A stretch of DNA of 64,000 nucleotides from Octopus bimaculoides. Lineage: Eukaryota. Numbering within the stretch: position 1 is the stretch's first letter; every line of letters begins with the position of its first letter. Both the position numbers and the translations under genes were made by a program. Where the stretch lies: assembly GCF_001194135.2 (NCBI RefSeq), contig NC_068988.1, positions 44,395,170-44,459,169 on the forward strand. Reading direction: 5' to 3'. Shown piece after piece: positions 37,322 to 50,971 of the stretch. The notes beneath the pieces were generated by a model. That model had not been told where the DNA came from, made no database searches, and saw nothing but the letters and a program-made list of their open reading frames with translations.

Positions 37322-37700
37322 CTTTTAACATACATTTTCCATGCTGGCATGGGTTGGACGGTTTGACAAGGAGTCAACAGCCTGGCGGACAACATCAGGT
37401 TCCAGTGTATGCTTTGGCATCATTTCCTTCATTGGATGTCCTTCCTAATGTTAACCACGTCATAGAATATATGGCTTACTTTTTACATGGCACCAGCACA
37501 AGTGAGGTCACTTAGTAACTTACAAAGCAAGACTCCTGAATGGGGTGTTGTATTGAGGGAGTTGGCCTTAAGCCTGTGGATAAGAAATCAAAGTATGATA
37601 GAAACATAGAAACACTTACTTTACAGCAGGGAAGATACATTGTTATCCTTGTAAGAAAAGGAGAGAATATGGTCAGAGATACATAGGAGGGTGAACATTA
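37322..37700 (-). mobile_element. Family A-related repeat, diverged
   Basis: TTTTCCATGCTGGCATGGGTTGGACGG next to a (CAT)n tract. Confidence 0.65.
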
Positions 37701-37904
37701 AGCAGTGTATGTGTGTGTGTGTGGGGGATATCACTGGCAGAATGGGTGGGGGTGTACAAAGGAAGAGTGGATGTGAAAGGGGCATTCAACAGAAAATAAG
37801 ATGGTAAAGGATGATCCTGAGAATGTGAGAATCGAAATAAGTGGATCCAGAGAGTGAGAGTGGAAGCACAAAAGGTGGGGGATGAAATGTGTTCAGTTTT
37901 GCTC

Positions 37905-38135
37905 TCATATAGTCATGATCATAAGATTGAGGTTTCGATTCCTGGACTGGGATATACATTGTGTTCTTCAGCAAAATATTTCATTTCATGTTGCTCCAGT
38001 CCACTCAGCTGTCAAAAATCAGTAATCCTGTGATGGACAGGTGTCCTGTCTAGGTGGAGAATTTATACGCTGTGAAAAGGGGAATCCAGCCCTTATGAAT
38101 CAGGATGACTCGAGAAGGAAAACTTTACTTTACCT
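37905..38135 (+). mobile_element. CORE-headed SINE with V-domain-like 3' part
   Basis: B-box GGTTTCGATTCC, CORE-like TGTGTTCTTCAGCAAAATATTTCATTTCATGTTGCTCCAGTCCACTCAGC, then CCTGTGATGGACAGGTGTCCTGTCTAGG. Confidence 0.6.
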
Positions 38136-38538
38136 CTTTGTCTATGTCGCTGTTTATTTGTCCCTCTTACTTTTTATTTATTTGTATATAGGGATAGGCA
38201 TGGCTGTGTGGTTAAGAAGTTTGCTTCCCAACCATGTGGTTTGAGGTTCAATTCCAGTGCATGACACCTTGGGCAAGTGTCTACTATAGTCCTGGGTCGG
38301 CCAAAACATTTTGAGTGGATCTAGTAGTAGAGGGAAACTGCAAAAAAGCCCATCCACCCAAGTGGCACAATTGATTAACGCACCTTCCTTGTGTTAGTCA
38401 CAAGTTGAGCGATATGTGGAGGTTGTGAGTTCAAGCCTCACCCAGGGCTGAGTTTTTTAACTGGTGGTGCTCCAGCATGTCTCAGACCTTAGGGCTGAAA
38501 CATGTAAAAGAATAAAAGTAAAAGAATATATGTGTGTG

Positions 38539-38580
<42 letters not shown>

Positions 38581-38599
38581 CATGTATATCTGTGTCACC

Positions 38600-38949
38600 T
38601 TGTCTTGACATTGAGTGATAGTTGTAAATGAGTGTCACTGTTATACATGCGGTGTCATTCATTTCCAGTATTCTGTAAAAACATGTCTGGTCTTGGGAGG
38701 AAATATTACCTTGTTTGAAAATAGGTGAGGGTTGGTGACAGGAAAGGCGTCTGGTCAAAGAAAATCTGCCGCAATAAACTCTGCCTGACCCAGCCAAGCA
38801 TGGTAAAGCAAAAATTAGAATGATGATGACAATAGTAATAATGATAATGATGATGATGATGATGATGATGCTGATGACGACGATGATGTTGATGATGACG
38901 ATTATGACGATAATGTTGATGGTGATGAGGGTGATGATGATGGCAATGG

Positions 38950-38983
<34 letters not shown>

Positions 38984-39195
38984 ATCAATGATGGTGATGA
39001 TAGCAATGATGATGATGATGATGATGACAATGGTGATGATGATGATGATGACAATGATGATGGCCATGATGATGATGATGATGGCAATGATAATGATGAT
39101 AATGATGGCGATGATGATAACGATGATGATGATGATGATGATGATGATGGCAGTGATGATGATGATGATGATGATGGCAATGATGATGATGATGA
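38600..39195 (+). mobile_element. Family A-related 3' end followed by a ~375-bp (GAT)n tract (38820-39195)
   Basis: GACAGGAAAGGCGTCTGGTC..CCCAGCCAAGCATGGTAAAG followed by an expanded (GAT)n tail. Confidence 0.6.
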
Positions 39196-39857
39196 TATAT
39201 ATCTGTGTATCTAACCACCTGTCTGTTAATATGTCAAACCTTCCATCTTTCTCATTTGTCTGTCTTTTGTTCTTTCTGTCCATCTTCCTATATTTGCTGG
39301 TCTTTCCGTTTATAATCCGCTTCTATATACATATTTGTATGCTTAATTTATCCAAGTGACTTTTTCTTGCACTCTACCTGTATTTTATTAGAAGTGGCAG
39401 CAATATAATTAACATTAGTATAACTTGTCGGAAAGGAAAATTAAGTACCTTAATTATANNNNNNNNNNNNNNNNNNNNNNNNNNNNNNNNNNNNNNNNNN
39501 NNNNNNNNNNNNNNNNNNNNNNNNNNNNNNNNNNNNNNNNNNNNNNNNNNNNNNNNNNNNNNNNNNNNNNNNNNNNNNNNNNNNNNNNNNNNNNNNNNNN
39601 NNNNNNNNNNNNNNNNNNNNNNNNNNNNNNNNNNNNNNNNNNNNNNNNNNNNNNNNNNNNNNNNNNNNNNNNNNNNNNNNNNNNNNNNNNNNNNNNNNNN
39701 NNNNNNNNNNNNNNNNNNNNNNNNNNNNNNNNNNNNNNNNNNNNNNNNNNNNNNNNNNNNNNNNNNNNNNNNNNNNNNNNNNNNNNNNNNNNNNNNNNNN
39801 NNNNNNNNNNNNNNNNNNNNNNNNNNNNNNNNNNNNNNNNNNNNNNNNNNNNNNNNN

Positions 39858-39858
<1 letters not shown>

Positions 39859-39889
<31 letters not shown>

Positions 39890-40100
39890 GTGTGTGTGTG
39901 TGTTTGTCCCCCCACCATCGCTTGACAACCGATGCTGGTGTGTTTACGTCCCTGTAACTTAGCGGTTCGGCAAAAGAGACCGATAGAATAAGTACTAGGC
40001 TTACAAAGAATAAGTCTTGGGGTTGATTTGCTCGACTATAAAAGGCGATGCTCCAGCATGGCCGCAGTCAAATGACTGAAACAAGTAAAAGAAAATAAAA
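39859..40100 (+). mobile_element. CORE-SINE 3' half (young)
   Basis: CCCCCCACCATCGCTTGACAACCGATGCTGG...GTCAAATGACTGAAACAAGTAAAAG with CpGs retained. Confidence 0.85.
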
Positions 40101-41223
40101 GAAAATAATTAACCCCTCCCCATGCTTTTAGTTGATATGAACTGATACTCATTCAGCACATTGTGTAATATTTAATGCCTGTCATTAAATATGTACACAC
40201 ATACACAATCATCATCATGGACATTAAATGATGAGGATGATGATGATACACACAGAGGCATATACAAACACCACCTATGTGTAATGCACATATAAGCACA
40301 TCTTTAGATAAATGTACAACTTTGTACAATATACAAGCACGCACGCCCATTGTGCATATGAATGCATTCGTATATTACATATGCATACACACACATATAC
40401 ATAGATGCATATATATATATATACATATGAATAGATAGATAGATAAATAGATAAATAAATAAGTAGATAGATAGACAGACAGATAAATAGACAGATAAAT
40501 TTGCCCTTATATATAATGTTCATACACACACACGCACACATATACACATGTATACAAATACTTATTCATGCTAAATATACATATGCATACAGTCACATAC
40601 AAACATACATACACGTACATTGTTATATATATATATATATATATATATATGANNNNNNNNNNNNNNNNNNNNNNNNNNNNNNNNNNNNNNNNNNNNNNNN
40701 NNNNNNNNNNNNNNNNNNNNNNNNNNNNNNNNNNNNNNNNNNNNNNNNNNNNNNNNNNNNNNNNNNNNNNNNNNNNNNNNNNNNNNNNNNNNNNNNNNNN
40801 NNNNNNNNNNNNNNNNNNNNNNNNNNNNNNNNNNNNNNNNNNNNNNNNNNNNNNNNNNNNNNNNNNNNNNNNNNNNNNNNNNNNNNNNNNNNNNNNNNNN
40901 NNNNNNNNNNNNNNNNNNNNNNNNNNNNNNNNNNNNNNNNNNNNNNNNNNNNNNNNNNNNNNNNNNNNNNNNNNNNNNNNNNNNNNNNNNNNNNNNNNNN
41001 NNNNNNNNNNNNNNNNNNNNNNNNNNNNNNNNNNNNNNNNNNNNNNNNNNNNNNNNNNNNNNNNNNNNNNTATATATATATATATGTGCATACATACATA
41101 CATAAACATGTACATACATGAATACATACATACATACATACATACATACATACATACATACATACAGATAAATAGATAGATAAATAGATATTTAGCCAGA
41201 CAGACAAACAGATAGATAGATAA

Positions 41224-41263
<40 letters not shown>

Positions 41264-42725
41264 ATAGATAAATAGATAGATAGATTGATAGATATATATG
41301 CCCTTATATACAATGTTCGCAAATACACATATATACACATAGAGTTACATACAAGCATACATACATATGCATAGTTATACATACATACAAATAGATAGAT
41401 ACATAGCTAGACAGACAGACAGGCTGACAGCTAGATAGATAGACAGATAGACTGATAGATATATATACTCTTATATATAATGTTCACACATACACATGTA
41501 CACAAATACTTATGCCCACCAAAAATACATATACACACCATTACATATATGCATACATACACATACATAGTTATATATACACTTACGTTTAATATATATA
41601 CACTTACGTTTAATATATATACAACTGAAATATATATGTCTCCTCCCTATACATATATAGTTACAAACACATGCACAAGTTTCGAGTAAGACAACTATAT
41701 CATCAGTCCAATAACAACAACAGCAAGAAAACCACTACCACCATTAGCAACAACAACAGCAACAACAAAAGACAACAAGCACTTCTTTGCCATTTGGCTG
41801 CAGCACGGTTGGTAATTCTTACAATTTCAGGCAACTTATTATCGTCTGCTACATTAGGTTCTTGGTGTCCATCAAACAGCGATAATAAAATGGTACAGTT
41901 TATGAATGTAGTCTTGTGACCACTTATCCATTTACATTCGCCTCAATGCTTCCACCAGCTTGATTTCTTACTAACTGCCATTGACTTTAGGAAAGTTAGG
42001 GGAATGAAGGCACATACCAAAAAAATAAAATAAAATAAAATAAAATAAATAAATAAATAAATAAATAAAGAAATAAAGAAAATGAAAGAAAAAATTTCAA
42101 GGAAACAAAGCCAAGTAAAAGAAACAAGAAACGAAAAGCATGTAGTGTTGTAGTGGTGGTGGTGGTAGTGATGGTGGTGGTGGTTGTGGTAGTGGTGGTG
42201 GTGGTGGTGATGATGGTGGTCATTGTGTTGTTGTTGGTAGTGGTGATGGTGATGGAAATAAAGGAAAATTTGTACCTTTCCTTTTAATTTTCATTTCTTT
42301 ATTCTTTTATTTTTCACCCCCACCAAAATATCCTACTCCATTGTTTTAAAATTTTTTCCCCTAATCTTCTGTTTATATTCTCTATATTTCATGATTTTTC
42401 ATTTTTTTTTGTCTCCTTTATTTATATTTTATACCTACTAAAAAGGAGGAAGTCCATAAGACATAACATCACAACTGACTAAGGATGCATCCTAAAACAA
42501 TGTCAAGCATTGCAATACCTTGTCACACATTATAACGTGATGTTATGACATTGCAACTGGCTAAGGACATGTCATAATATAATGAAATACATCACCATGT
42601 CTTGCCTCATAGCATTATATGACAGCAGCATAACTAACTAAGAAAACATCCAATGTAAAACGCTACAAAATACTGTCACTTTGTTATGTAATATTACAAC
42701 AAACATACACAACACAACAGGCTAA

Positions 42726-43160
42726 GGGTAAAGACCCTGCTTTGCCCATGAACGACCATGGCATGGGATTGCACCTAGAAAGTTACCATCTGAGGCACAA
42801 GTCCAGGCAAGGTTGTTTATGGAAGACCAGCAGCTGCCCATGCATTCTAGCCTCTCCTCTCCATGTCCTGGAGATGTTGTTTGGCCAACAAGTCTGGCCA
42901 AGGTTGTTTATAAAAAACTAACAGTTGCTCTTGTACACCAGCCTCCCCTCTCCACACCACTGATGTTATCCAGGAGAAAGGCAAAAACTGATGTTGTTTG
43001 GCCTCAGTGACATAGCAACTCATTTCAACAGACGAGTGAACTGGAACAACATGAAATAAAGTGTCTTACTCAAGAGCACAACACACAGCCCGGTCCAGGA
43101 ATTGAACTCACTACCTCATGATTGTGAGCCCAACACTCTAACCACTGAGCCATGTGTCTA
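42726..43160 (-). mobile_element. CORE-SINE with a distinct 3' body (internal partial duplication)
   Basis: Minus-strand head TGGCTCAGTGG..GAGTTCAATTCC, CORE TGTGTTGTGCTCTTGAGTAAGACACTTTATTTCATGTTG. Confidence 0.7.
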
Positions 43161-43263
43161 CATAAACTGGGAACACAATGTAATATCGCAATTATATTAT
43201 ATTGTTGTAATACATTATGCAATGTAATGTATTACAACATCACATTACACACTATAATATAAA

Positions 43264-43460
43264 ATTCTTTCTATTATATGCAGAAAGCTCAAAATTTGGT
43301 GTGACAGAACTATTCAATTACATCGACTCCCATGCTTAACTGGTACTAATTTTATTAACCCTAAAAGGCTGAAAGGCAAAGTTGACCTCGGCAGAATTTG
43401 AACTCAGAACATAAAAGCAGAAGACATGTTGCCTAAATGTTTCATCCAACATGCTATCCA
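43264..43460 (-). mobile_element. Family B (Meta-like) SINE
   Basis: Reverse complement of the family B core. Confidence 0.7.
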
Positions 43461-44173
43461 CAACAACACAACTGGCTAAGAATGTATCATAAAATAATGT
43501 AATACGTCACGTCATGTGACACAGCTTAATGTAATACCACAACAATACAAAGGAACAGGCTTAAGACACATCATAAAATAATGATTCTCATCACAATATT
43601 ATGTCACACTTCTTAATGTAATGTCCCAACAATACAACAAGTTAAAGACATATCACAAAATAATCCTTTCTACTATAGGCACAAGGCCTGAATTTGGTGG
43701 GAGCGGGCCAGTCGACTAGATTGACCCCAGTACACAACTGGTACTTATTTTATCATATCCTAAACAACATTATGCCAATAACTGACCACTGGTTTCTCAC
43801 AAGAGTTCCCAACATACTGGTATACATCTACTACCACACTATAGCACTTCTACCATCTCTTCTTCTAGTAGGAATCAACCCTAACACCTGGGAAACAGAA
43901 GCCACTGAGCATCCATCCTGGTAAAGAGCAATTCATTTTGGTTGTTTCAATTTGAGGAGAGGAGAAATACTGAAGAAGAAGCAAAAAGAAGGCAACACTT
44001 GACCTGGCAATTCCAGCCAAGATCGCCACCCACTCTGCCCACTGGCTTAGGAATGAAGCTTGCTTGGGGGTGGGGCAAACCCAGGTCCCAAATTTTTAAT
44101 GAATATTGTCTTATTGTTTTCTTTTTATTTTTGTTCTTTGAGAAGTAACCTGACTTCAAGCTACTTTTTACAG

Positions 44174-44208
44174 ATCACTTTTTATGCAGATATCTAAACC
44201 TGAGAAAA
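44174..44208 (+). other. Candidate 35-nt microexon (unverified)
   Basis: Long U-rich tract, branch-like CCTGAC, ttttacag acceptor and AAA|gtaagt donor; two open frames (HFLCRYLNLRK or SLFMQISKPEK). Confidence 0.25.
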
Positions 44209-44419
44209 GTAAGTAGGGGTGTAAATTTTGATTTTGAAACCCCCGCACCTATTCACCCCCATTTGCCTGGTCCAGGAATTGAAACCACAATCTTACAGTC
44301 ATGAGTGCAACAACCTAACCACTAAGCTACACACCTCCACCTTCTACCTGATATTGATATATATATATATTATTATAAACGATGATGATGATGATGATGT
44401 GCATGGATCTCCCTCTCTT

Positions 44420-44471
<52 letters not shown>

Positions 44472-44477
44472 ATATAT

Positions 44478-45527
<1,050 letters not shown>

Positions 45528-45675
45528 ATGTACATAAGCATATGTATGTGTATATATATATGTATATATATGTATATGTATGTATATCATATATATATAT
45601 ATACATGTATATGTGTGTATATATGCATATATATATATATGTGTAAGTTTGTGTATATATGTGTGTAAGTGTGTG

Positions 45676-45706
<31 letters not shown>

Positions 45707-45977
45707 GTATNNNNNNNNNNNNNNNNNNNNNNNNNNNNNNNNNNNNNNNNNNNNNNNNNNNNNNNNNNNNNNNNNNNNNNNNNNNNNNNNNNNNNNNNNN
45801 NNNNNNNNNNNNNNNNNNNNNNNNNNNNNNNNNNNNNNNNNNNNNNNNNNNNNNNNNNNNNNNNNNNNNNNNNNNNNNNNNNNNNNNNNNNNNNNNNNNN
45901 NNNNNNNNNNNTATATATATATATATATATATATGTACATATGTATATATATGCATTTATGCATATATATGTATATA

Positions 45978-46828
45978 TATAAATTGTCACCATGTTATAT
46001 TTTTAATTTTGCACATACACAATGTTTTTTTGACTTTGTCAACCACACAGTATAGTAGAGTCAGTTGAGACACCATCTGTGAGAAAAGCAGCACCATGAC
46101 ACAATTCACTCTGCCAGAAATTTGGAAACGACATGCTGTATTACTTGGCATTTGCACCGGAAGTTCCATTGCAGAGTGTTTGGGTATCAATCTGAGGACA
46201 TGCACCAAGAGTGATAAAAATCAAACATGCATTCAACATCCTCTTGTTTGGAGTGATTACTAGTGATGGCAATGTAATGCCGCGATTCATATCCCCACAT
46301 GGCCTCAGACTCAACACAGAGGCCTACATCTAGTGCTTGGGGGAGGTAGTGCTACCCTGGGTCAAGAGGGTGGCTGCTGGAAGACCCTATGTCTGGCAAC
46401 AAGGCTCTGCACCATGCCACACAAGCAGGAGAACCCAGTCATGACTGTCAGACAATTTCTGTGGCCACATCACTCCTAACATCTAGCCACCTAACTCCCT
46501 AGACTGCAACCCACTTGATTATTATGTATGGGGTGCAGTTGAGTGAGGGACCAATAAAACTCCTTGTAACACCAAGAATGAATTGAAGGCAGGGATTATG
46601 GCAGCATTCACCAACTTAAACAAGGAGACTGTCCAGAAGAGTTGCAGGAGATTCCAAAGTCATCTGGAGGTTGTGTTTGAAGCCAATGGCCATTTTATTG
46701 ACTAAATTTACTCTTTAGTATTTCAAGATATTTTTATGTAATTTTGGTAAATATATCTGTTAAAATGAAATGTCAGTGTTATTTTCATTTCTGCAAAATT
46801 TAGATGACAGTTTATTCACTGTACCCTG

Positions 46829-46831
<3 letters not shown>
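45978..46831 (+). mobile_element. Internally deleted Tc1/mariner DD37D (maT) transposon
   Basis: VWQQGSAPCHTSRRTQS*LSDNFCGHITPNI*PPNSLDCNPLDYYVWGAVE has 37 residues between the second (D>G here) and third catalytic positions. Right TIR ends ...TACCCTG-TA at 46829-46831; left TIR remnant ATAAATTGTCACC. Confidence 0.85.
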
Positions 46832-46860
<29 letters not shown>

Positions 46861-47291
46861 AAAAGGTTGAATTATATTTCATTATTTTATTCTGGAGAGT
46901 TCCAAAAAACGATTTCTAATAAAGATTCTTCATATTTTGCTAGTAGCTTACTAGTGTAAGTTTGGGAATATGAAAATAATACTTGAAAATAATAATATGG
47001 TGTGCTATGTGAATTTATGGAAAGGTATCCCATAGAACTCAACAAATTTGTTAAAAATGGAGAAGAGAAGCTGTTAAAATTTGAAAGAATTTTAATACAT
47101 GCATATTATCATTTCAAACAGTGATATTAAAACATGCAAATTCATGGTAGAATGATTAAATTAATTTGATTAAATTAATTATATATCACTGTTCGCCTCA
47201 GTGCAAGAAGTATAAACAGAAAATTATTATTACAGAGGTCTTGAGACAAGAAATAGTAGAGAATAATTTCGAATATACATGTTTATCCTTA

Positions 47292-47418
47292 CTTCCCAAC
47301 CACATGGTTCCGGGTTCAGTCCCACTGTGCGGCACCTTGGGTAAGTGTCTTTTACTATAGCCTCAGGCTGACCAAAGCCTTGTGAGTGGATTTGGTTGAC
47401 GGAAACTGAAAGAAGTCT

Positions 47419-47493
<75 letters not shown>

Positions 47494-48278
47494 CATATAT
47501 AATTTAGAGAAAAACCAACTATTAACAAATTCAACAATGAAAGACAAACATACCACAAAAACTCTATTCCAAAAATCNNNNNNNNNNNNNNNNNNNNNNN
47601 NNNNNNNNNNNNNNNNNNNNNNNNNNNNNNNNNNNNNNNNNNNNNNNNNNNNNNNNNNNNNNNNNNNNNNNNNNNNNNNNNNNNNNNNNNNNNNNNNNNN
47701 NNNNNNNNNNNNNNNNNNNNNNNNNNNNNNNNNNNNNNNNNNNNNNNNNNNNNNNNNNNNNNNNNNNNNNNNNNNNNNNNNNNNNNNNNNNNNNNNNNNN
47801 NNNNNNNNNNNNNNNNNNNNNNNNNNNNNNNNNNNNNNNNNNNNNNNNNNNNNNNNNNNNNNNNNNNNNNNNNNNNNNNNNNNNNNNNNNNNNNNNNNNN
47901 NNNNNNNNNNNNNNNNNNNNNNNNNNNNNNNNNNNNNNNNNNNNNNNNNNNNNNNNNNNNNNNNNNNNNNNNNNNNNNNNNNNNNNNNNNNNNNNNNNNN
48001 NNNNNNNNNNNNNNNNNNNNNNNNNNNNNNNNNNNNNNNNNNNNNNNNNNNNNNNNNNNNNNNNNNNNNNNNNNNNNNNNNNNNNNNNNNNNNNNNNNNN
48101 NNNNNNNNNNNNNNNNNNNNNNNNNNNNNNNNNNNNNNCCCAGTAACTTAGCAGCTCAGCAAAAGAGACTTATAGAGTAAGTACTAGGCTTACAAAGAAC
48201 AAATCCTGGGGTCGATTTCTTCGACTAAAGGCGGTGCTCCAGCATGGCCACAGTTAAATGACTGAAACAAGTAAAAGA

Positions 48279-48280
<2 letters not shown>
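47292..48280 (+). mobile_element. CORE-SINE split at its internal (TA)n by a non-SINE (PLE-like) insert starting at 47501
   Basis: Head 47292-47420, (TA)n, insert AATTTAGAGAAAAACCAACT..., N-gap, then the collinear tail at 48139-48280. Confidence 0.7.
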
Positions 48281-48312
<32 letters not shown>

Positions 48313-48729
48313 ACTATAGCTTTTCTAACTGGTGCTAGTCTGTACATCTACTATCACACTGTAGCTGTTCTGCTTGGTAAATATTTTGATGGGTTCAATT
48401 CAGACCAATAATATTGACAAGTTTCTTCTCACACGACTAATATCACTGACAGGTAACTTCTCACAAATCTCTGACCGAAACACGCCTGTATTTTTATCCA
48501 AACTTCAAAACCGCAAGAACTCAATGCCTCCATTAAACAAACTTATATGTAAACACTTCAGCTGATTTAGACAGAGGTAGAACTCTGAACTATTTCTTCT
48601 ATGTCTGTGTGTGTGTGTATATATGCATGCATGTGTGTGCGTGTGTGTGCATGTGTGCATGTGTATGTGTGTGTGTGTGTGTGTGTACACACGCACACTA
48701 TAGAGAAACCTGGAAACCTGCCAGACCCA

Positions 48730-48845
48730 TGAAAGTGGAACATCGAACACAAACCCACTGACCTGAAAATCACAAAAGGAAATATCCGGAAGAAATTCAA
48801 AGACTTAAATGCTGGGAAATCTCCAAGGACAGATGGGTATTTCAC
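48730..48845 (+). mobile_element. CR1/L2-like LINE fragment (start of RT)
   Basis: LKITKGNIRKKFKDLNAGKSPRTDG (cf. IxKxLxxLxxxKSPGPDG). Confidence 0.6.
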
Positions 48846-49269
48846 AATGATGGAGTGGTGATGATGGAGGTTGAACTAACCCCCCCTCGCCACCATCTTA
48901 CAATCTTTTCATCTCTCTCTCCTTCTCTCTGTCTACCTATTTAGATCTCTCTCTCTCTATATATATACCTCTCTCTCTCTCTATATATATATACCTCTCT
49001 ATATATATATACCTCTCTCTCTCTCTCTCTCTCTTTGTTAAACTGTATCTTTGTCACACTCTTTTTTTGCAATATCTCTCTTCCTCTCTCTCTCTATCTC
49101 TGTCTCATTTGGCTTTTTATTTATTTTTACAATTATTTTTTTTACTTTTCTTCTTCTTTCTGTGCTACTATTGAATCATTTTTGAATGCTTTCTCTCTCT
49201 CCTTTTATCTCTCTCTCTCTCTCTCTCTTTCTTTCATACACTTCTTTTCTCTTGCTTTCTTTCATTCTT

Positions 49270-49562
49270 GTTGTTGTTGTTGTTTTTCTTCTTCTTCTTC
49301 TTCTTCTTCTTCTTCTTCTTCTTCTTCTTCTTCTTCTTCTTCTTGTTCTTCTTCTTCTTCTTCTTCTTCTTCTTCTTCTTCTTCTTCTTCTTCTTCTTCT
49401 TGTTTTTCTTCTTCTTCTTCTTGCTTTTCTTCTTCTTCTTGCTTTTCTTCTTCTTGCTTTTCTTCTTCTTCTTGTTTCTTCTTCTTCTTCTTCTTGCTTT
49501 TCTTCTTCTTCTTCTTCTTCTTCTTCTTCTTCTTCTTCTTCTTCTTCTTCTTCTTCTTCTTC
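49270..49562. repeat. (TCT)n tract
   Basis: Directly visible; source of the poly-E/K/R/S/F ORFs. Confidence 0.95.
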
Positions 49563-49682
49563 TGCCACCTTTCCCTTCTTATTCTTTCCCTCTTCCTCCT
49601 TTTCTTCCTTCTCATATCAAATCTTTGTTTGTCTCTCTCATACTTTCTCCTCACACTTTAACTTCACAACAGACGTTAAAGA

Positions 49683-49716
<34 letters not shown>

Positions 49717-49809
49717 TGTTGGTGAATTTTGCTTCTAACTCTCACTCCCCTTCCTCTCTCTCCTTCCCACTCCATGTTTCTTGTTCCTTCTTATACTGTC
49801 CTCTTTCTA

Positions 49810-49884
<75 letters not shown>

Positions 49885-50416
49885 TGCCACTCCTCCTTTC
49901 TCTGTGGTTCTCTCTGCCCCTCTCTGCTCCTCCTTGTTTTTATCTCCTCCTCTTACTCAGATTTGCTTCCCATCCTTTTTCAGTCTACTTCTACTATTTC
50001 CTTCTAATTCCTGTTGTTTACAAACTTCTGTAGGGTTATCATTATCTTCAGCAGCATCATAACCATTACCATCATCATTATAATGACCAACAACACCGTT
50101 TGTTGCAACAATAAGAAGGAACTAACCAGGGAGACCCTTTGCGTTTGCTTGAGCAGCTGGACATAGCAGTCAAAATCGCCTTCAAATAGTACTTTGAGAC
50201 CAGGAAGCATTACATGACATAATTCTACAAATCACTACAAAAGATGAATGGGGTTACAGCTTGAATGCTTTTGATTCAGGCTGACCTAAGTTTAAACAAC
50301 AACAACAGTGATACCAACAACAACAGTAGCAGCAACATCAGAAGCAGCAACATCAGCACCATTATTATAGTTGCCATCTTTATATTTTGTCCTTAAATAT
50401 ATGCTTCAATAAATAT

Positions 50417-50573
50417 ATGGTTGTGTGGTAAGAAGCTTGCTTCCCAACCACATGGTTTTGGGTTCAGTCCCATTGTGTGGCATCTTGGGCAAGTGTCTTC
50501 TTTTATAGCCATGGCTGTTCAAAGTCTTGAGTGGATTTGGTGGACAGAAACTAAAAGAAGCCCATGATATATT

Positions 50574-50667
<94 letters not shown>

Positions 50668-50880
50668 TGTGTCTGTGTTTGTGCCCCAACATCGTTTGAC
50701 AACCGATGCTGGTGTGTTTACATCCCTGTAACTTAGTGGTTCGGCAAAACAGACTGATAGAATAAGCACTAGGCTTACAAAGCATAAGTCCTGGGGGCGA
50801 TTTGCACTATTAAAGGTGGTGCTCCAGCATGGCCACAGTCAAATGACTGAAACAAGTAAAAGAGTAAAAAAGAGTAAAGA
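50417..50880 (+). mobile_element. CORE-SINE (family C), full length
   Basis: Head, CORE GGCATCTTGGGCAAGTGTC, internal (TA)n(TG)n, tail and (GAGTAAAA)n end. Confidence 0.85.
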
Positions 50881-50931
50881 GTATATATATATATACACAC
50901 GCACATACACACACACATTTATATAGATACA

Positions 50932-50971
<40 letters not shown>

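Larger units (their letters stand above)
42470..43650. repeat. Old ~83-bp tandem repeat interrupted by SINEs
   Basis: Anchor ACAACTGGCTAAG variants near 42471, 42554, 42630, 42714, 43468, 43554 and 43634. Confidence 0.55.

Noticed and set aside
22974-43650. CRISPR-like repeat-spacer appearance of the 23-kb array and the 42.5-43.6-kb array
   Set aside because: The context is eukaryotic, there are no cas genes, and the intervening sequences are related to each other rather than unique spacers.
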